A stretch of DNA of 64,000 nt from Propionibacteriaceae bacterium (lineage in GTDB: Bacteria; Actinomycetota; Actinomycetes; Propionibacteriales; Propionibacteriaceae), in NCBI GenBank assembly GCA_031265875.1, contig JAISCA010000004.1, positions 6,031 to 70,030 on the forward strand, written 5' to 3'. Below are positions 1 to 8,529 of the stretch, in pieces. The stretch's first letter is position 1, and every line of letters starts with the position of its first letter. Made by a program: the position numbers and the translations under genes. Under the pieces are notes generated by a model, which saw only the letters and a list, made by a program, of their open reading frames with translations, did no database searches and was not told where the DNA came from.

Positions 1-225
1 CTCGACCTGGATGGAGGCCCGGGCGCCGTACCAGGCCACCGTCTCCATGGTCTGGCGGTAATCGTCGGACAAGCCCTCGCGGCCGGCGTTGAGGACGGCC
101 AGGCTCATGACGTGGAAGACCGTCTGGACCGGCCGGACCCGCTCCACCGCCAGCATCCAGCGTGAGGTCAGCCAGGCCCAGGGGCAGAGCGGATCGAACC
201 AGAAATCAACCGTCGTCTTCTCCAT
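1..225 (-). CDS. DsbA-family thioredoxin-fold protein (Rv2466c / mycothiol-dependent reductase-like), N-terminal part only; gene runs off the window
   Basis: Minus-strand translation from ATG 225-223 reads [30 protein letters not shown]...[14 protein letters not shown]. The pattern FDPLCPW..TSRW...HVMSLA.LN is recalled from Rv2466c-type DsbA-like proteins. The ORF is absent from the track because it is truncated by the window edge. Confidence 0.6.
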   Translation of the reverse strand, partial: MEKTTVDFWFDPLCPWAWLTSRWMLAVERVRPVQTVFHVMSLAVLNAGREGLSDDYRQTMETVAWYGARASIQVE

Positions 226-437
226 GGCCTAACTCAACCACTCCGGTGGCCGATCGCCAATCCTGTTCGGAGAGTGACCGGCCCCGGCTCTGGCGCGCCA
301 GAACGCCCCCACCGCGTCCTCCCTGAGCTGCGCTGCGGTCCGGCGCTTTCCGGCGCCCCACCAGCTGAGCCAAGATCGGATCGGCCCGATCGGTCGAGTG
401 CTAGATTGGCGCTTCGAGCGACCTGCTCCCACCCACC

Positions 438-451
438 AGTCCGAGGAGGTC
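438..451 (+). promoter_or_regulatory. possible PyrR-binding-loop-like RNA element overlapping the pyrR Shine-Dalgarno
   Basis: AGUCCGAGGAGGUC ends 4 nt before ATG 455. It partly resembles the recalled PyrR RNA consensus RUCCAGAGAGGYU (about 9/13 in my alignment). Confidence 0.3.
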
Positions 452-454
452 AGG

Positions 455-1012
455 ATGGCGCGATACGGTCCTGAACGCGTGGTGCTGTCGGCCGACGACA
501 TCGACCGGGCCTTGGCCCGGATCGCCTACCAATTGATCGAAACCAACCGGGGGGCCGACGACCTGGTCTTGATCGGCGTCCCGACCCGGGGCGTGCCGCT
601 GGCCCGCCGCTTGGGCGGCCTGATCGAAGAGGCCTCCGGCCATCCCACCCCGGTCGGCCAGCTCGACATCACTCTTTACCGGGACGACCTGCGCCGCCAA
701 CCGACCCGGACGGTGATGCCGACCTCGATCCCCTGTGACATCGACGGCCGGGTCGTGGTCCTAGTCGACGACGTGCTCTACTCCGGCCGGACGGTGGCGG
801 CTGCCTTGGACGCCCTGAAGGACTACGGCCGGCCCCGCCGCATCCAGTTGGCCGTCCTGGTCGACCGGGGCCACCGGGAACTGCCGATCGCGGCCGACGT
901 GGTGGGCAAGGAGCTGCCCACCCGTTCGGAGGAACGGGTCCAAGTCCGGTTGAGCGAGTTGGACGGCACCAGCCAGGTCTCGATCATGGCCCCCGAGAGC
1001 GACTCCCAGTGA
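455..1012 (+). CDS. pyrR: PyrR, bifunctional pyrimidine operon regulator / uracil phosphoribosyltransferase
   Basis: [29 protein letters not shown]..., with the PRPP-binding motif [20 protein letters not shown] lies upstream of ATG 455, so the track ORF starting at 398 is trimmed. A GTGA overlap joins it to pyrB. Confidence 0.9.
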   Translation: MARYGPERVVLSADDIDRALARIAYQLIETNRGADDLVLIGVPTRGVPLARRLGGLIEEASGHPTPVGQLDITLYRDDLRRQPTRTVMPTSIPCDIDGRVVVLVDDVLYSGRTVAAALDALKDYGRPRRIQLAVLVDRGHRELPIAADVVGKELPTRSEERVQVRLSELDGTSQVSIMAPESDSQ

Positions 1013-1947
1013 AGCATCTGCTGTCCACGGCCGACCTCGACTGGGACCAGGCCAACGCCCTGCTCGACACCGCCGAACAGATGGCCGCTGTCCTGACCCG
1101 CCCGATCAAGAAGATCCCCGCCCTGGTCGGGCGCACCATCGTCAACCTCTTCTTCGAGGATTCGACCCGCACCCGCAACTCCTTCGAGTTGGCCGAACGT
1201 CGCTTGTCGGCCGACTCCATCTCGGTCACCGCGCGCGGCTCCTCGGTCTCCAAGGGCGAGTCCATGCGCGACACCATGCAGACCTTGGAAGCCATGAAGG
1301 TCGACTGCTTCGTGATCCGGCACGCCTCCTCCGGAGCGCTGGAACAGGCCACCGGCTGGACTGACGCCCACCTGGTCAACGCCGGCGACGGCTGGCACGA
1401 GCACCCGACCCAGGCCTTGTTGGACGCCTTCACCCTGCGCCGTCACTTCGCCGCCGTCGGCCATCCCGGCCTGGAGGGCAAGCACGTCGCCATCGTGGGC
1501 GACCTGCTGCACTCGCGGGTGGTACGGTCCAACGTCTGGCTCTTGCACACCCTGGGGGCGACCGTCAGCCTGGTCGCCCCGGCCACCCTGAGACCGGCCG
1601 GGGTCGAGACCTGGCCGGTACAAGTGACGGAGGATTTAGACAGCGTCCTGCCCCAGGTCCACGCCCTCATGATGCTGCGGGTGCAACGCGAGCGGATGTC
1701 GGGAGGGTTCTTCCCCACCGCCCGGGAGTACACCGAATTCTTCGGTTTGACCCCGGCCCGGTTACGACTCCTGTCGCCTCGGGCCGCCATCTGCCATCCG
1801 GGGCCGATCAACCGGGGGGTCGAGATCTCGGCCGAAGCGGCCGACTCGGCTCAGTCGCTCATCCTCGACCAAGTCGCCGCCGGGGTGCCGGTGCGGATGA
1901 GCGTCCTCTTCCATCTCCTGTCCGGCGCCGACGAAGGGCTGAAATGA
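1009..1947 (+). CDS. pyrB: aspartate carbamoyltransferase catalytic subunit
   Basis: 312 aa. [19 protein letters not shown] (STRTR carbamoyl-phosphate motif), [10 protein letters not shown] and HPGPINRG are present. It sits between pyrR and pyrC. Confidence 0.92.
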   Translation: MKHLLSTADLDWDQANALLDTAEQMAAVLTRPIKKIPALVGRTIVNLFFEDSTRTRNSFELAERRLSADSISVTARGSSVSKGESMRDTMQTLEAMKVDCFVIRHASSGALEQATGWTDAHLVNAGDGWHEHPTQALLDAFTLRRHFAAVGHPGLEGKHVAIVGDLLHSRVVRSNVWLLHTLGATVSLVAPATLRPAGVETWPVQVTEDLDSVLPQVHALMMLRVQRERMSGGFFPTAREYTEFFGLTPARLRLLSPRAAICHPGPINRGVEISAEAADSAQSLILDQVAAGVPVRMSVLFHLLSGADEGLK

Positions 1948-3221
1948 CCGACTTGTTGCTGCGCGGAGTCCAACTGGCCGACGGCAGTCACCGTGACCTG
2001 GCCCTGCGGGGTGAGCTCTTGGTCGATCCGGCCGATCTCGGCCCGGGCCACCGCACGGTCGCCGCGGACGGCCTGATCGGATTGCCCGGCCTGGTCGACC
2101 TCCACACCCATCTGCGCCAGCCCGGCGGGGAGGACGCCGAGACGGTGGCCTCGGGCACCCGGGCGGCGGCCCGGGGCGGCTACACCGCTTGCTTCGCCAT
2201 GGCCAACACCGATCCGGTGGCCGACACGGCCGAAGCGGTCAGCCATCTGGCCGAGTTGGGCCGGCGCGAGGGCTGGGCCGAAGTGGTCCCGGTCGGCGCC
2301 ATCACCAAGGGCCTGGCCGGCCAGGAACTGGCCGAGTTGGGACTGATGCACCGGGCCGGGGTAAATCTCTTCTCCGACGACGGCCGCTGCGTCCAGAACG
2401 CCCAGGTCATGCGCCGGGCCTTGGAATACGTCAGCGACTTCGGCGGCGTCTTGGCCCAGCACAGCCAGGACGACGATCTGGCCGGTCCCACCGCTTGCTG
2501 CCATGAGTCGGCCATCGGGGGGCGGCTCGGCCTGCCGCCTTGGCCGGCGGCCGCCGAATCGGTCATCGTGGCCCGTGACATCGAATTGGCCCGGCTGACC
2601 GGCGGGCGCCTGCATGTCTGCCACGTCTCCTCGGCCGAGAGCGTCGAGCTGATCCGTTGGGCCAAGGCCCGCCAGCTGCCGGTGACGGCCGAGGTCACCC
2701 CGCACCACCTGCTGCTGGGCACAGCCGAGTTGGAGGGCTACGACACCACCTACAAGGTCAATCCGCCGTTGCGCACGGACGAGCATATCGAGGCTCTGCG
2801 TCAAGGGCTGGTGGACGGCGTGATCGACGCCGTGGCGACCGACCACGCCCCCCACACGCCGGAGGACAAGGACCACCCCTTCGACGTCGCCCGCCCCGGC
2901 ATGATCGGCCTGGAACAGGCCCTGGCCGTGGTGATCGAGACCATGGTCGCCTCCGGCCGGCTGGACTGGAGCGGACTGGTCGAGCGCATGTCCACAGCCC
3001 CGGCCCGGATCGGCCGTGTGGCCGACCGCCAAGGCCGCCCGCTCGAGCCGGGCCAACCGGCCAACCTGGTGCTGATCGACCCCAGCCGCCGCCAAGTGGT
3101 GGACCGGGCCGCCAGCTGGTCCCAAGCCCGCAACAACCCGTACCACGGCCGCGACCTGCCCGACCCCGTGCTGGCGACCTTCTGGCGCGGCCGGGCCACC
3201 TACGGCTGGGACAACCTCTGA
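1944..3221 (+). CDS. pyrC: dihydroorotase
   Basis: 425 aa. [10 protein letters not shown] metal-binding motif and ATDHAPH are present. An ATGA overlap joins it to pyrB. Confidence 0.9.
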   Translation: MTDLLLRGVQLADGSHRDLALRGELLVDPADLGPGHRTVAADGLIGLPGLVDLHTHLRQPGGEDAETVASGTRAAARGGYTACFAMANTDPVADTAEAVSHLAELGRREGWAEVVPVGAITKGLAGQELAELGLMHRAGVNLFSDDGRCVQNAQVMRRALEYVSDFGGVLAQHSQDDDLAGPTACCHESAIGGRLGLPPWPAAAESVIVARDIELARLTGGRLHVCHVSSAESVELIRWAKARQLPVTAEVTPHHLLLGTAELEGYDTTYKVNPPLRTDEHIEALRQGLVDGVIDAVATDHAPHTPEDKDHPFDVARPGMIGLEQALAVVIETMVASGRLDWSGLVERMSTAPARIGRVADRQGRPLEPGQPANLVLIDPSRRQVVDRAASWSQARNNPYHGRDLPDPVLATFWRGRATYGWDNL

Positions 3222-3272
3222 GCCGCACTTGGCGGATCGACGCTCCGCGTCTCACCACATCTTGTCGTGGGC

Positions 3273-3455
3273 TCAGACCCGTGGGCGTCCGCTCAGCCGC
3301 GATGGCGGGTCATCGACCGTCAGGCCTGCGGTGAGTTCAGCGGCGTACTGACGCAGACGCCGCATCGAGTCCTCCCAAGGCGACCATTGACACTGCTGGG
3401 CCTCGATGGCGGCGCGACGCTCGTCCAACAGTCGCGCGGTCTCTTCATCCACCAC
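3273..3455 (-). CDS. possible small ORF (60 aa, helical, no family recognised)
   Basis: GTG 3455 gives VVDEETARLLDERRAAIEAQQCQWSPWEDSMRRLRQYAAELTAGLTVDDPPSRLSGRPRV. This is the non-biased C-terminal tail of the otherwise spurious 477-aa track ORF. No clear SD; it lies 11 nt after the rhodanese gene stop. Confidence 0.25.
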   Translation of the reverse strand: MVDEETARLLDERRAAIEAQQCQWSPWEDSMRRLRQYAAELTAGLTVDDPPSRLSGRPRV

Positions 3456-3466
3456 GGCGGACCGAC

Positions 3467-5095
3467 TCAGGCTCGACCGGACTGGGCCGGCTCTCGGCCC
3501 TGGGCGGCCGGGCGGTCGCTGGCCGCCCACTGGGACCAGGAGCCGGGGTAGAGGGCGGCTTGATGTCCGGCCAGGCGGAGGGCCAGGATCTCGTGCGCGG
3601 CCGTCACGCCGGAGCCGCAGTAGACCGCCACCTCGGCGTCTTGTTCGACCCCCAGGGCGGCGAAACGGGCCCGTAGCTGCACCGCCGGCCGGAAGCGACC
3701 GCTGGGGTCGAGGTTGTCGCCAGTGGGGGCGCTCCAGGCGCCGGGGATGTGGCCGGCCCGGGCGTCGACCGGCTCGGTCTCCCCCAGGTAGCGCCCCTCG
3801 GCTCGGGCGTCCAGCAACAAGCCGTGGGCCGGGAAACCAGCCGCCTGTTCGATGTCCAAACGGGGCAGGCGACCAGACCGATCGAGCCTGATCTGGCTCG
3901 GCGGCGGTGTGACCTGGCCGGTGTCGAGGGCGTAACCGCGCTCGCGCCAGGCCGCCAAGCCGCCGTCCAGCACGCGCACGTCCAGGCCGGCGTCCGTCAG
4001 CACCCACCAGGCCCGCGCCGCCGCCATGTTGCCGCCGTCGTCGTACACCACCACCCGGTCGCCTGGTTCCAGGCCCCAACGCCGGGCGGCGGCTTGCAGC
4101 CGCTCCGGGCCGGGCAAGGGATGACGGCCCACCTCGGGCCGGGCCGGATCGGCCAACTCGTCGTCCAGGTCGACCCAGACCGCCCCCGGCAGATGCCCGG
4201 ACAGGTAGTCGGACCAGTTGTCGGCCCAGCCCAAGCGCCAACGCACATCGAGCAGGCGGACCACCATCCCGGCCGCCAGGTCGCCGGCCAAGCGGTCGGC
4301 TTCGACCAGGGGCCAGTCGGGCCGGTCGGCGTAACGCTGGAAGGCCTCGCCGGCCCAGACCGGGCAGTCGAGCCGATTGGGCGGCGTCGGCCTCGGGCAG
4401 AGATAGTGGGGAGAGAAGCTGATGGGCGGCAGATAGGCCCGGTTGAAGTCGAGCTGGACCTGGCCCGACTCGGCCGGGTCGACCCGTAAGAAGCGATACT
4501 GCTTGGTCTGACGGCCGTTGCTGGCGTCGCCGAAGACCAGGAAATAGCCCCGCTCGGCCGGGGTCAATTCGAGACGGCGGGTCTGCCCGCCCAGCTCCAA
4601 TTCGGCCCAGCCGGCCAAGGCGGCCGGACCGGACCAGCCGTCGACGTGTTCGACCAGGATCGTGCGCCCCGGTTCGGCCGGCACGAAACGGGCCGTCTTG
4701 ATCCAAGCCGGATCAGGTGCGAAGGCGTCCACCCCGACCAAGTCGGTGGCGCTGGGGGCGGCCGGGTCGAACAGGCGCAGGGCCAGAGAGTCGCGCATGG
4801 CCAGAGCTTGGAAGCGCCGGCCGTCCACTTCGACCGACTGTCCGGCCGCCAACTCGACCAGGTCAGGGCCCGGCTCGGCGGCCAGGTCGATCTCGGCCTC
4901 GGGTCGGGTCACTTGATCGCCGCACAGCCGCTGGCCGTCCAGCCACCAGCGTCCCGGCCGACCGGGCTCGCGCGCCGGGGTCGGAGTCGGCCACCAGGTG
5001 CCGACGTTGGCCGCGATCCCAGGGGCTTCGGCCCAGCGACGCCGCCGCCAAGCCTGCCAGTCCTCCACATAGCCGTCGGGCCAGTCCGAAGTCAT
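3467..5095 (-). CDS. DUF1684 domain fused to a tandem-rhodanese (SseA-type thiosulfate/3-mercaptopyruvate) sulfurtransferase
   Basis: 542 aa. The N-terminal half has LDFNRAYLPPISFSPHYLCPRPTPPNRLDCPVWAGE, a DUF1684 signature. The C-terminal half has two rhodanese repeats with the active-site loop YCGSGVTAAH and PGSWSQW. Confidence 0.8.
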   Translation of the reverse strand: MTSDWPDGYVEDWQAWRRRRWAEAPGIAANVGTWWPTPTPAREPGRPGRWWLDGQRLCGDQVTRPEAEIDLAAEPGPDLVELAAGQSVEVDGRRFQALAMRDSLALRLFDPAAPSATDLVGVDAFAPDPAWIKTARFVPAEPGRTILVEHVDGWSGPAALAGWAELELGGQTRRLELTPAERGYFLVFGDASNGRQTKQYRFLRVDPAESGQVQLDFNRAYLPPISFSPHYLCPRPTPPNRLDCPVWAGEAFQRYADRPDWPLVEADRLAGDLAAGMVVRLLDVRWRLGWADNWSDYLSGHLPGAVWVDLDDELADPARPEVGRHPLPGPERLQAAARRWGLEPGDRVVVYDDGGNMAAARAWWVLTDAGLDVRVLDGGLAAWRERGYALDTGQVTPPPSQIRLDRSGRLPRLDIEQAAGFPAHGLLLDARAEGRYLGETEPVDARAGHIPGAWSAPTGDNLDPSGRFRPAVQLRARFAALGVEQDAEVAVYCGSGVTAAHEILALRLAGHQAALYPGSWSQWAASDRPAAQGREPAQSGRA

Positions 5096-5306
5096 CTCAC
5101 GCCGCCTCTCTGGTCACTCCAGATCACCTGATCAGCACCGTAGCGGATTCAGCCCCGGTCGTCGGTCGAGGGCGGATACGACCGCTCTGGGCGTCCATCT
5201 CCATGTCGTCGCTCGTACCCGTCCCCACCTCCACGGCCCGCCCCATCGACCGTCGCAGCCACCGGAGCGATGACCTCGACCGTATCGGCGAGACCGGCCA
5301 AGTTCA

Positions 5307-5342
5307 TGATGTAGCGCATTACCTAATGCGCTGCTATCATCG
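5307..5342 (+). promoter_or_regulatory. conserved promoter/operator block, copy 1 (palindrome GCGCATTA-CC-TAATGCGC at 5314-5331, -10-like TATCAT at 5335-5340)
   Basis: A perfect 8+8 inverted repeat lies 39 nt upstream of GTG 5382. The block is 32/36 identical to 13151-13186. Confidence 0.6.
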
Positions 5343-5381
5343 TGCCGAGGCCACGACGACGGGCCTGGGACGGAGCCCGAA

Positions 5382-7004
5382 GTGCAGGAGATCCGAGTCG
5401 ATCTAGCGGTGATCGGCGGCGGCGTGGGCGGCGTGGCGGCCGCCCTGGCGGGGTTGGACGAAGGACTGACCGTCCTGCTCAGCGAAGAGTCGCCCTGGTT
5501 GGGCGGACAGTTGACCAGCCAGATGGTGCCACCGGACGAGAACTACCTGGTCGAGTCGGTCGGACGGACCCGGTCCTACGCCGACTTCCGCCAACGCCTG
5601 CGCGACTATTACCGCCGCAACTACCCCCTGACCGAACAAGCCCGGCGCGAACCGGCCCTCAATCCCGGCGCCGGCGGCGTCAGCGCCATCTGCCATGAGC
5701 CTCAGGTGGCCAAGGCCGTCATCGACGAATTACTGGCCGCCGCCCTCAGCAGCGGTCGGCTACAGCTGCTACGCCAGTTCCAGCCGTTCCAAGCCGAGGT
5801 CGACGGCGACCTGATCCAGGCCGTCGCTTTGGAAGGTCCCGCCGGCCAGCGCCACTGGGTCCAAGCCGACTGCTACATCGACGCCACCGAGTTGGGCGAT
5901 CTGGTCGAATTGGCCGGGGCCGAACATGTCATCGGAGCCGAGTCCCAAGCCGACACCGGCGAGCCGCACGCCCCCTCCGGCCCGGCCGCCCCGGAGGATC
6001 AGCAAGCCATCACCTGGTGCTTCGTGATGGACTACCTGCCGGACCAAGACCACACCATCGACCGGCCAGCCGAGTACGACTTCTGGCGCTCCTATCGACC
6101 CGACTTCTGGCCCGGCCCGCTGTTCAGCTGGACCGATCCGCTGCCCACCACCCTCGAGGCCCGGACCGAACCGCTCTTCGCTGCCGCCGACTCGCCGCGC
6201 GGCGGCGTCCACCGCGACCGTTGGAACTTCCGCCGCATCCTGTCCACGGCCCATCTCGTCCCCGGCAGCTTCGCCTCCGACATCACGGTCGTCAACTGGC
6301 CCCAGATCGACTATTTCCTCGGCCCTCTGCTGGGCGTCGACCCGGCCACCCGCCAGCGGCATCTGGCGGCGGCCCGCCAACAAGCTCTCTGCTTCGCCCA
6401 TTGGCTGCAGACCGAGGCCCCCCGCCACGACGGCGGCCAGGGCTATCCCGGCCTGCGCCTGCGCGGCGATGTGGCCGGCAGCCCGGACGGCCTGGCCCTG
6501 CGCCCGTACATCCGCGAGGCCCGGCGCATCAAAGCCGAGACCACCATTTTGGAACAGCAGGTCGGAGTCGAAGCCCGACGCCAGGCCGGCCTGCCCGATC
6601 AGGCCGAGCACTTCCTCGACAGCGTCGGCATCGGTTCGTACCGTATCGACCTGCACCCCTCGACCGGCCGGGCCGGTCGGCCCAGGACCTACGTCGACAT
6701 CGCCAGCTACCCCTTCGAGATCCCGCTCGGGGCCCTCCTGCCCCAGCGCCTAGACAACCTGCTGGCTGGGGCCAAGAACATCGGCAGCACTCACATCACG
6801 AACGGTTGCTACCGCCTGCACCCGGTCGAATGGAACATCGGCCAAGCCGCCGGGGCGCTGGCCGCCTTCGCCGGTCGGCGCGGCCTGGTTCCCCGGGCCG
6901 TGCGCCAGCGGCCGAACCAGCTGACCGATTTCCAAGCCCGCCTGCAGGGCCACCACGGCGTGCCCCTGCGCTGGCCCGACTGGGCTAGGAGTTTCCGTAA
7001 CTGA
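5382..7004 (+). CDS. FAD-dependent oxidoreductase (FAD_oxidored-type, associated with a glycan-utilisation locus)
   Basis: 540 aa. N-terminal dinucleotide fold DLAVIGGGVGGVAAALAG...LLSEE. It precedes a sugar ABC/GH1/LacI cluster. Confidence 0.7.
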   Translation: MQEIRVDLAVIGGGVGGVAAALAGLDEGLTVLLSEESPWLGGQLTSQMVPPDENYLVESVGRTRSYADFRQRLRDYYRRNYPLTEQARREPALNPGAGGVSAICHEPQVAKAVIDELLAAALSSGRLQLLRQFQPFQAEVDGDLIQAVALEGPAGQRHWVQADCYIDATELGDLVELAGAEHVIGAESQADTGEPHAPSGPAAPEDQQAITWCFVMDYLPDQDHTIDRPAEYDFWRSYRPDFWPGPLFSWTDPLPTTLEARTEPLFAAADSPRGGVHRDRWNFRRILSTAHLVPGSFASDITVVNWPQIDYFLGPLLGVDPATRQRHLAAARQQALCFAHWLQTEAPRHDGGQGYPGLRLRGDVAGSPDGLALRPYIREARRIKAETTILEQQVGVEARRQAGLPDQAEHFLDSVGIGSYRIDLHPSTGRAGRPRTYVDIASYPFEIPLGALLPQRLDNLLAGAKNIGSTHITNGCYRLHPVEWNIGQAAGALAAFAGRRGLVPRAVRQRPNQLTDFQARLQGHHGVPLRWPDWARSFRN

Positions 7005-7038
7005 AGATCGCCCCGACCAGGCCGCCGCCCCTGGGACC

Positions 7039-7135
7039 GAACTAGACCGCCCGAACCGACTGACCGACCGCATAGACCGACCGCCGACCGATAGACCGAA
7101 CTAGACCGACTGATAGACCGACCGCCGACCGACCC
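7039..7135. repeat. intergenic array of TAGACCG(A/C) units, including a perfect 20-nt direct repeat
   Basis: ATAGACCGACCGCCGACCGA occurs at 7072-7091 and again at 7113-7132. Five TAGACCG cores are present. The plus strand is strongly C/A-rich and G-poor. Confidence 0.7.
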
Positions 7136-7194
7136 GCCCTAGGGCTCCGCACCCGGACTTCCCTAGAACTGAGAACCGAGAAAGGATACGAACA

Positions 7195-8529
7195 ATGAAG
7201 CTCCCACCTGTCCGATCAACCGCCGCCGTCCTCGCCCTCACCGCCAGCCTGGCGCTGACCGGCTGCGGCCAGTCCAACGACCAGCCCGACCCGGACGCCT
7301 CCGGTGGGGCCGGCGCCACTTTGACCGTCTGGTTCCCCGGCAATGACCCGGCCGAGGTGCGTCAAGTCGAAGACGTCATCATCCCGGCCTTCGAGTCCGC
7401 CACCGGGGCCCAGGTCGAGGCCACCTTCGTCGATTGGGGCGACCTCTCGACCAAACTGTCGGCCGCCTTCGCCTCCGGCGCCGCCCCCGACCTCTTCGGC
7501 CACGGCGCCGCGGCGGTGGCCGACTACGCCGTCAACGAGCGCATCCTGCCTCTGACCGACTACGTCGCCCGCTGGTCGGCCGAGGACCGCCAGGACCTCT
7601 CCGCCGCCCTGCCCGGCGGCACCGTCGACGGCGTCCAGTACATGATCCCCCTGCGCATGGACGGTCAGTTGCTGGCCTACGACAAGGCCGACTTCCGAGC
7701 CGCCGGGCTCGACCCCGAGCAGACCTTCGACAGTTGGGAGGCCATCCGGGCCGCCGCCGAGCAGTTGACCGTCCGAGCGGCGGACGGTTCCATCACCCGC
7801 TCCGGCCTGTTGATGGCGACCGACCCGATCGGACGCCAGCAGTCCTTCGCCACTTTGGTGCAGGCGGCCGGTGGACGACAGGTCGACCAATCCGGCAAGG
7901 TCGATTTTGACACCTCGGCCGGCTTGGCCGCCCTCGACTTCTACACCGGCTTGTACCTGGGCCAGTCCGGCCAGCCGGCGGTCGCCAGCGGCGTCGGCGT
8001 GCCCTACTCCTCCAACGCCCCCGAGCAGCAGCCCTTGGTGCTGGACACCGCCTCCATCACCATGCTGAACGGCAACGGCATCCAGAAGATCGCCGACGCT
8101 AAGCCCGATTTCGAGATCGGCGTCATCGCCCCGGCCGGCCTGACAGCGGGCGACGCCCCGGCCGCTTTCGGCGGCCCCGGCCCCGGCCTGATGATCAACG
8201 CCGAGACCAAGCATCCGGATCTGGCCTGGCAGTTCATCACCCACCTGGTGCAGCCTGAGGTCAATCTCGACTACATCAAGACCTTCGGCGGGGTGCCGGT
8301 CCGACTGTCCGCCGCCAGCGACCCCTACGTCACTGGCAACCCGATCATGACCGCCCTGGTGGAGGCTCTGCCCCATCTACGGCCCAATCCCAACGTGCCC
8401 GGTTGGGTGCAGGCCCGCGACACCATGGACCAGTACCTGGAGCAGGCCCTCAACGCCAAGGCCGCCAACGCTGAGTTGCTGAGCCAGATGGCCGCCGCCG
8501 TCGACACGGTCCTGACCCAGAGTCGATGA
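7195..8529 (+). CDS. ABC sugar transporter substrate-binding lipoprotein (CUT1 / SBP family 1)
   Basis: 444 aa. Lipobox LALTGCGQS, AAAGGA SD, followed by two permease genes. Confidence 0.85.
   Translation: MKLPPVRSTAAVLALTASLALTGCGQSNDQPDPDASGGAGATLTVWFPGNDPAEVRQVEDVIIPAFESATGAQVEATFVDWGDLSTKLSAAFASGAAPDLFGHGAAAVADYAVNERILPLTDYVARWSAEDRQDLSAALPGGTVDGVQYMIPLRMDGQLLAYDKADFRAAGLDPEQTFDSWEAIRAAAEQLTVRAADGSITRSGLLMATDPIGRQQSFATLVQAAGGRQVDQSGKVDFDTSAGLAALDFYTGLYLGQSGQPAVASGVGVPYSSNAPEQQPLVLDTASITMLNGNGIQKIADAKPDFEIGVIAPAGLTAGDAPAAFGGPGPGLMINAETKHPDLAWQFITHLVQPEVNLDYIKTFGGVPVRLSAASDPYVTGNPIMTALVEALPHLRPNPNVPGWVQARDTMDQYLEQALNAKAANAELLSQMAAAVDTVLTQSR

Noticed and set aside
3273-4706. 477-aa minus-strand ORF, together with many similar long ORFs in the track (for example 1851-3146, 7216-8376, 11678-12667, 15635-16633, 35619-37469 and 61415-62482)
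   Set aside because: Their translations are Arg/Pro/Gly/Ala-rich low-complexity strings typical of wrong-frame or antisense reading of high-G+C DNA. Each one fully overlaps an ORF with clear family motifs. Only the last 60 codons of 3273-4706 were kept, as a low-confidence small ORF.
7039-7135. CRISPR array
   Set aside because: The repeat units are only 7-20 nt and irregularly spaced. They have no spacer-like unique segments of constant length, and no cas genes occur anywhere in the window.
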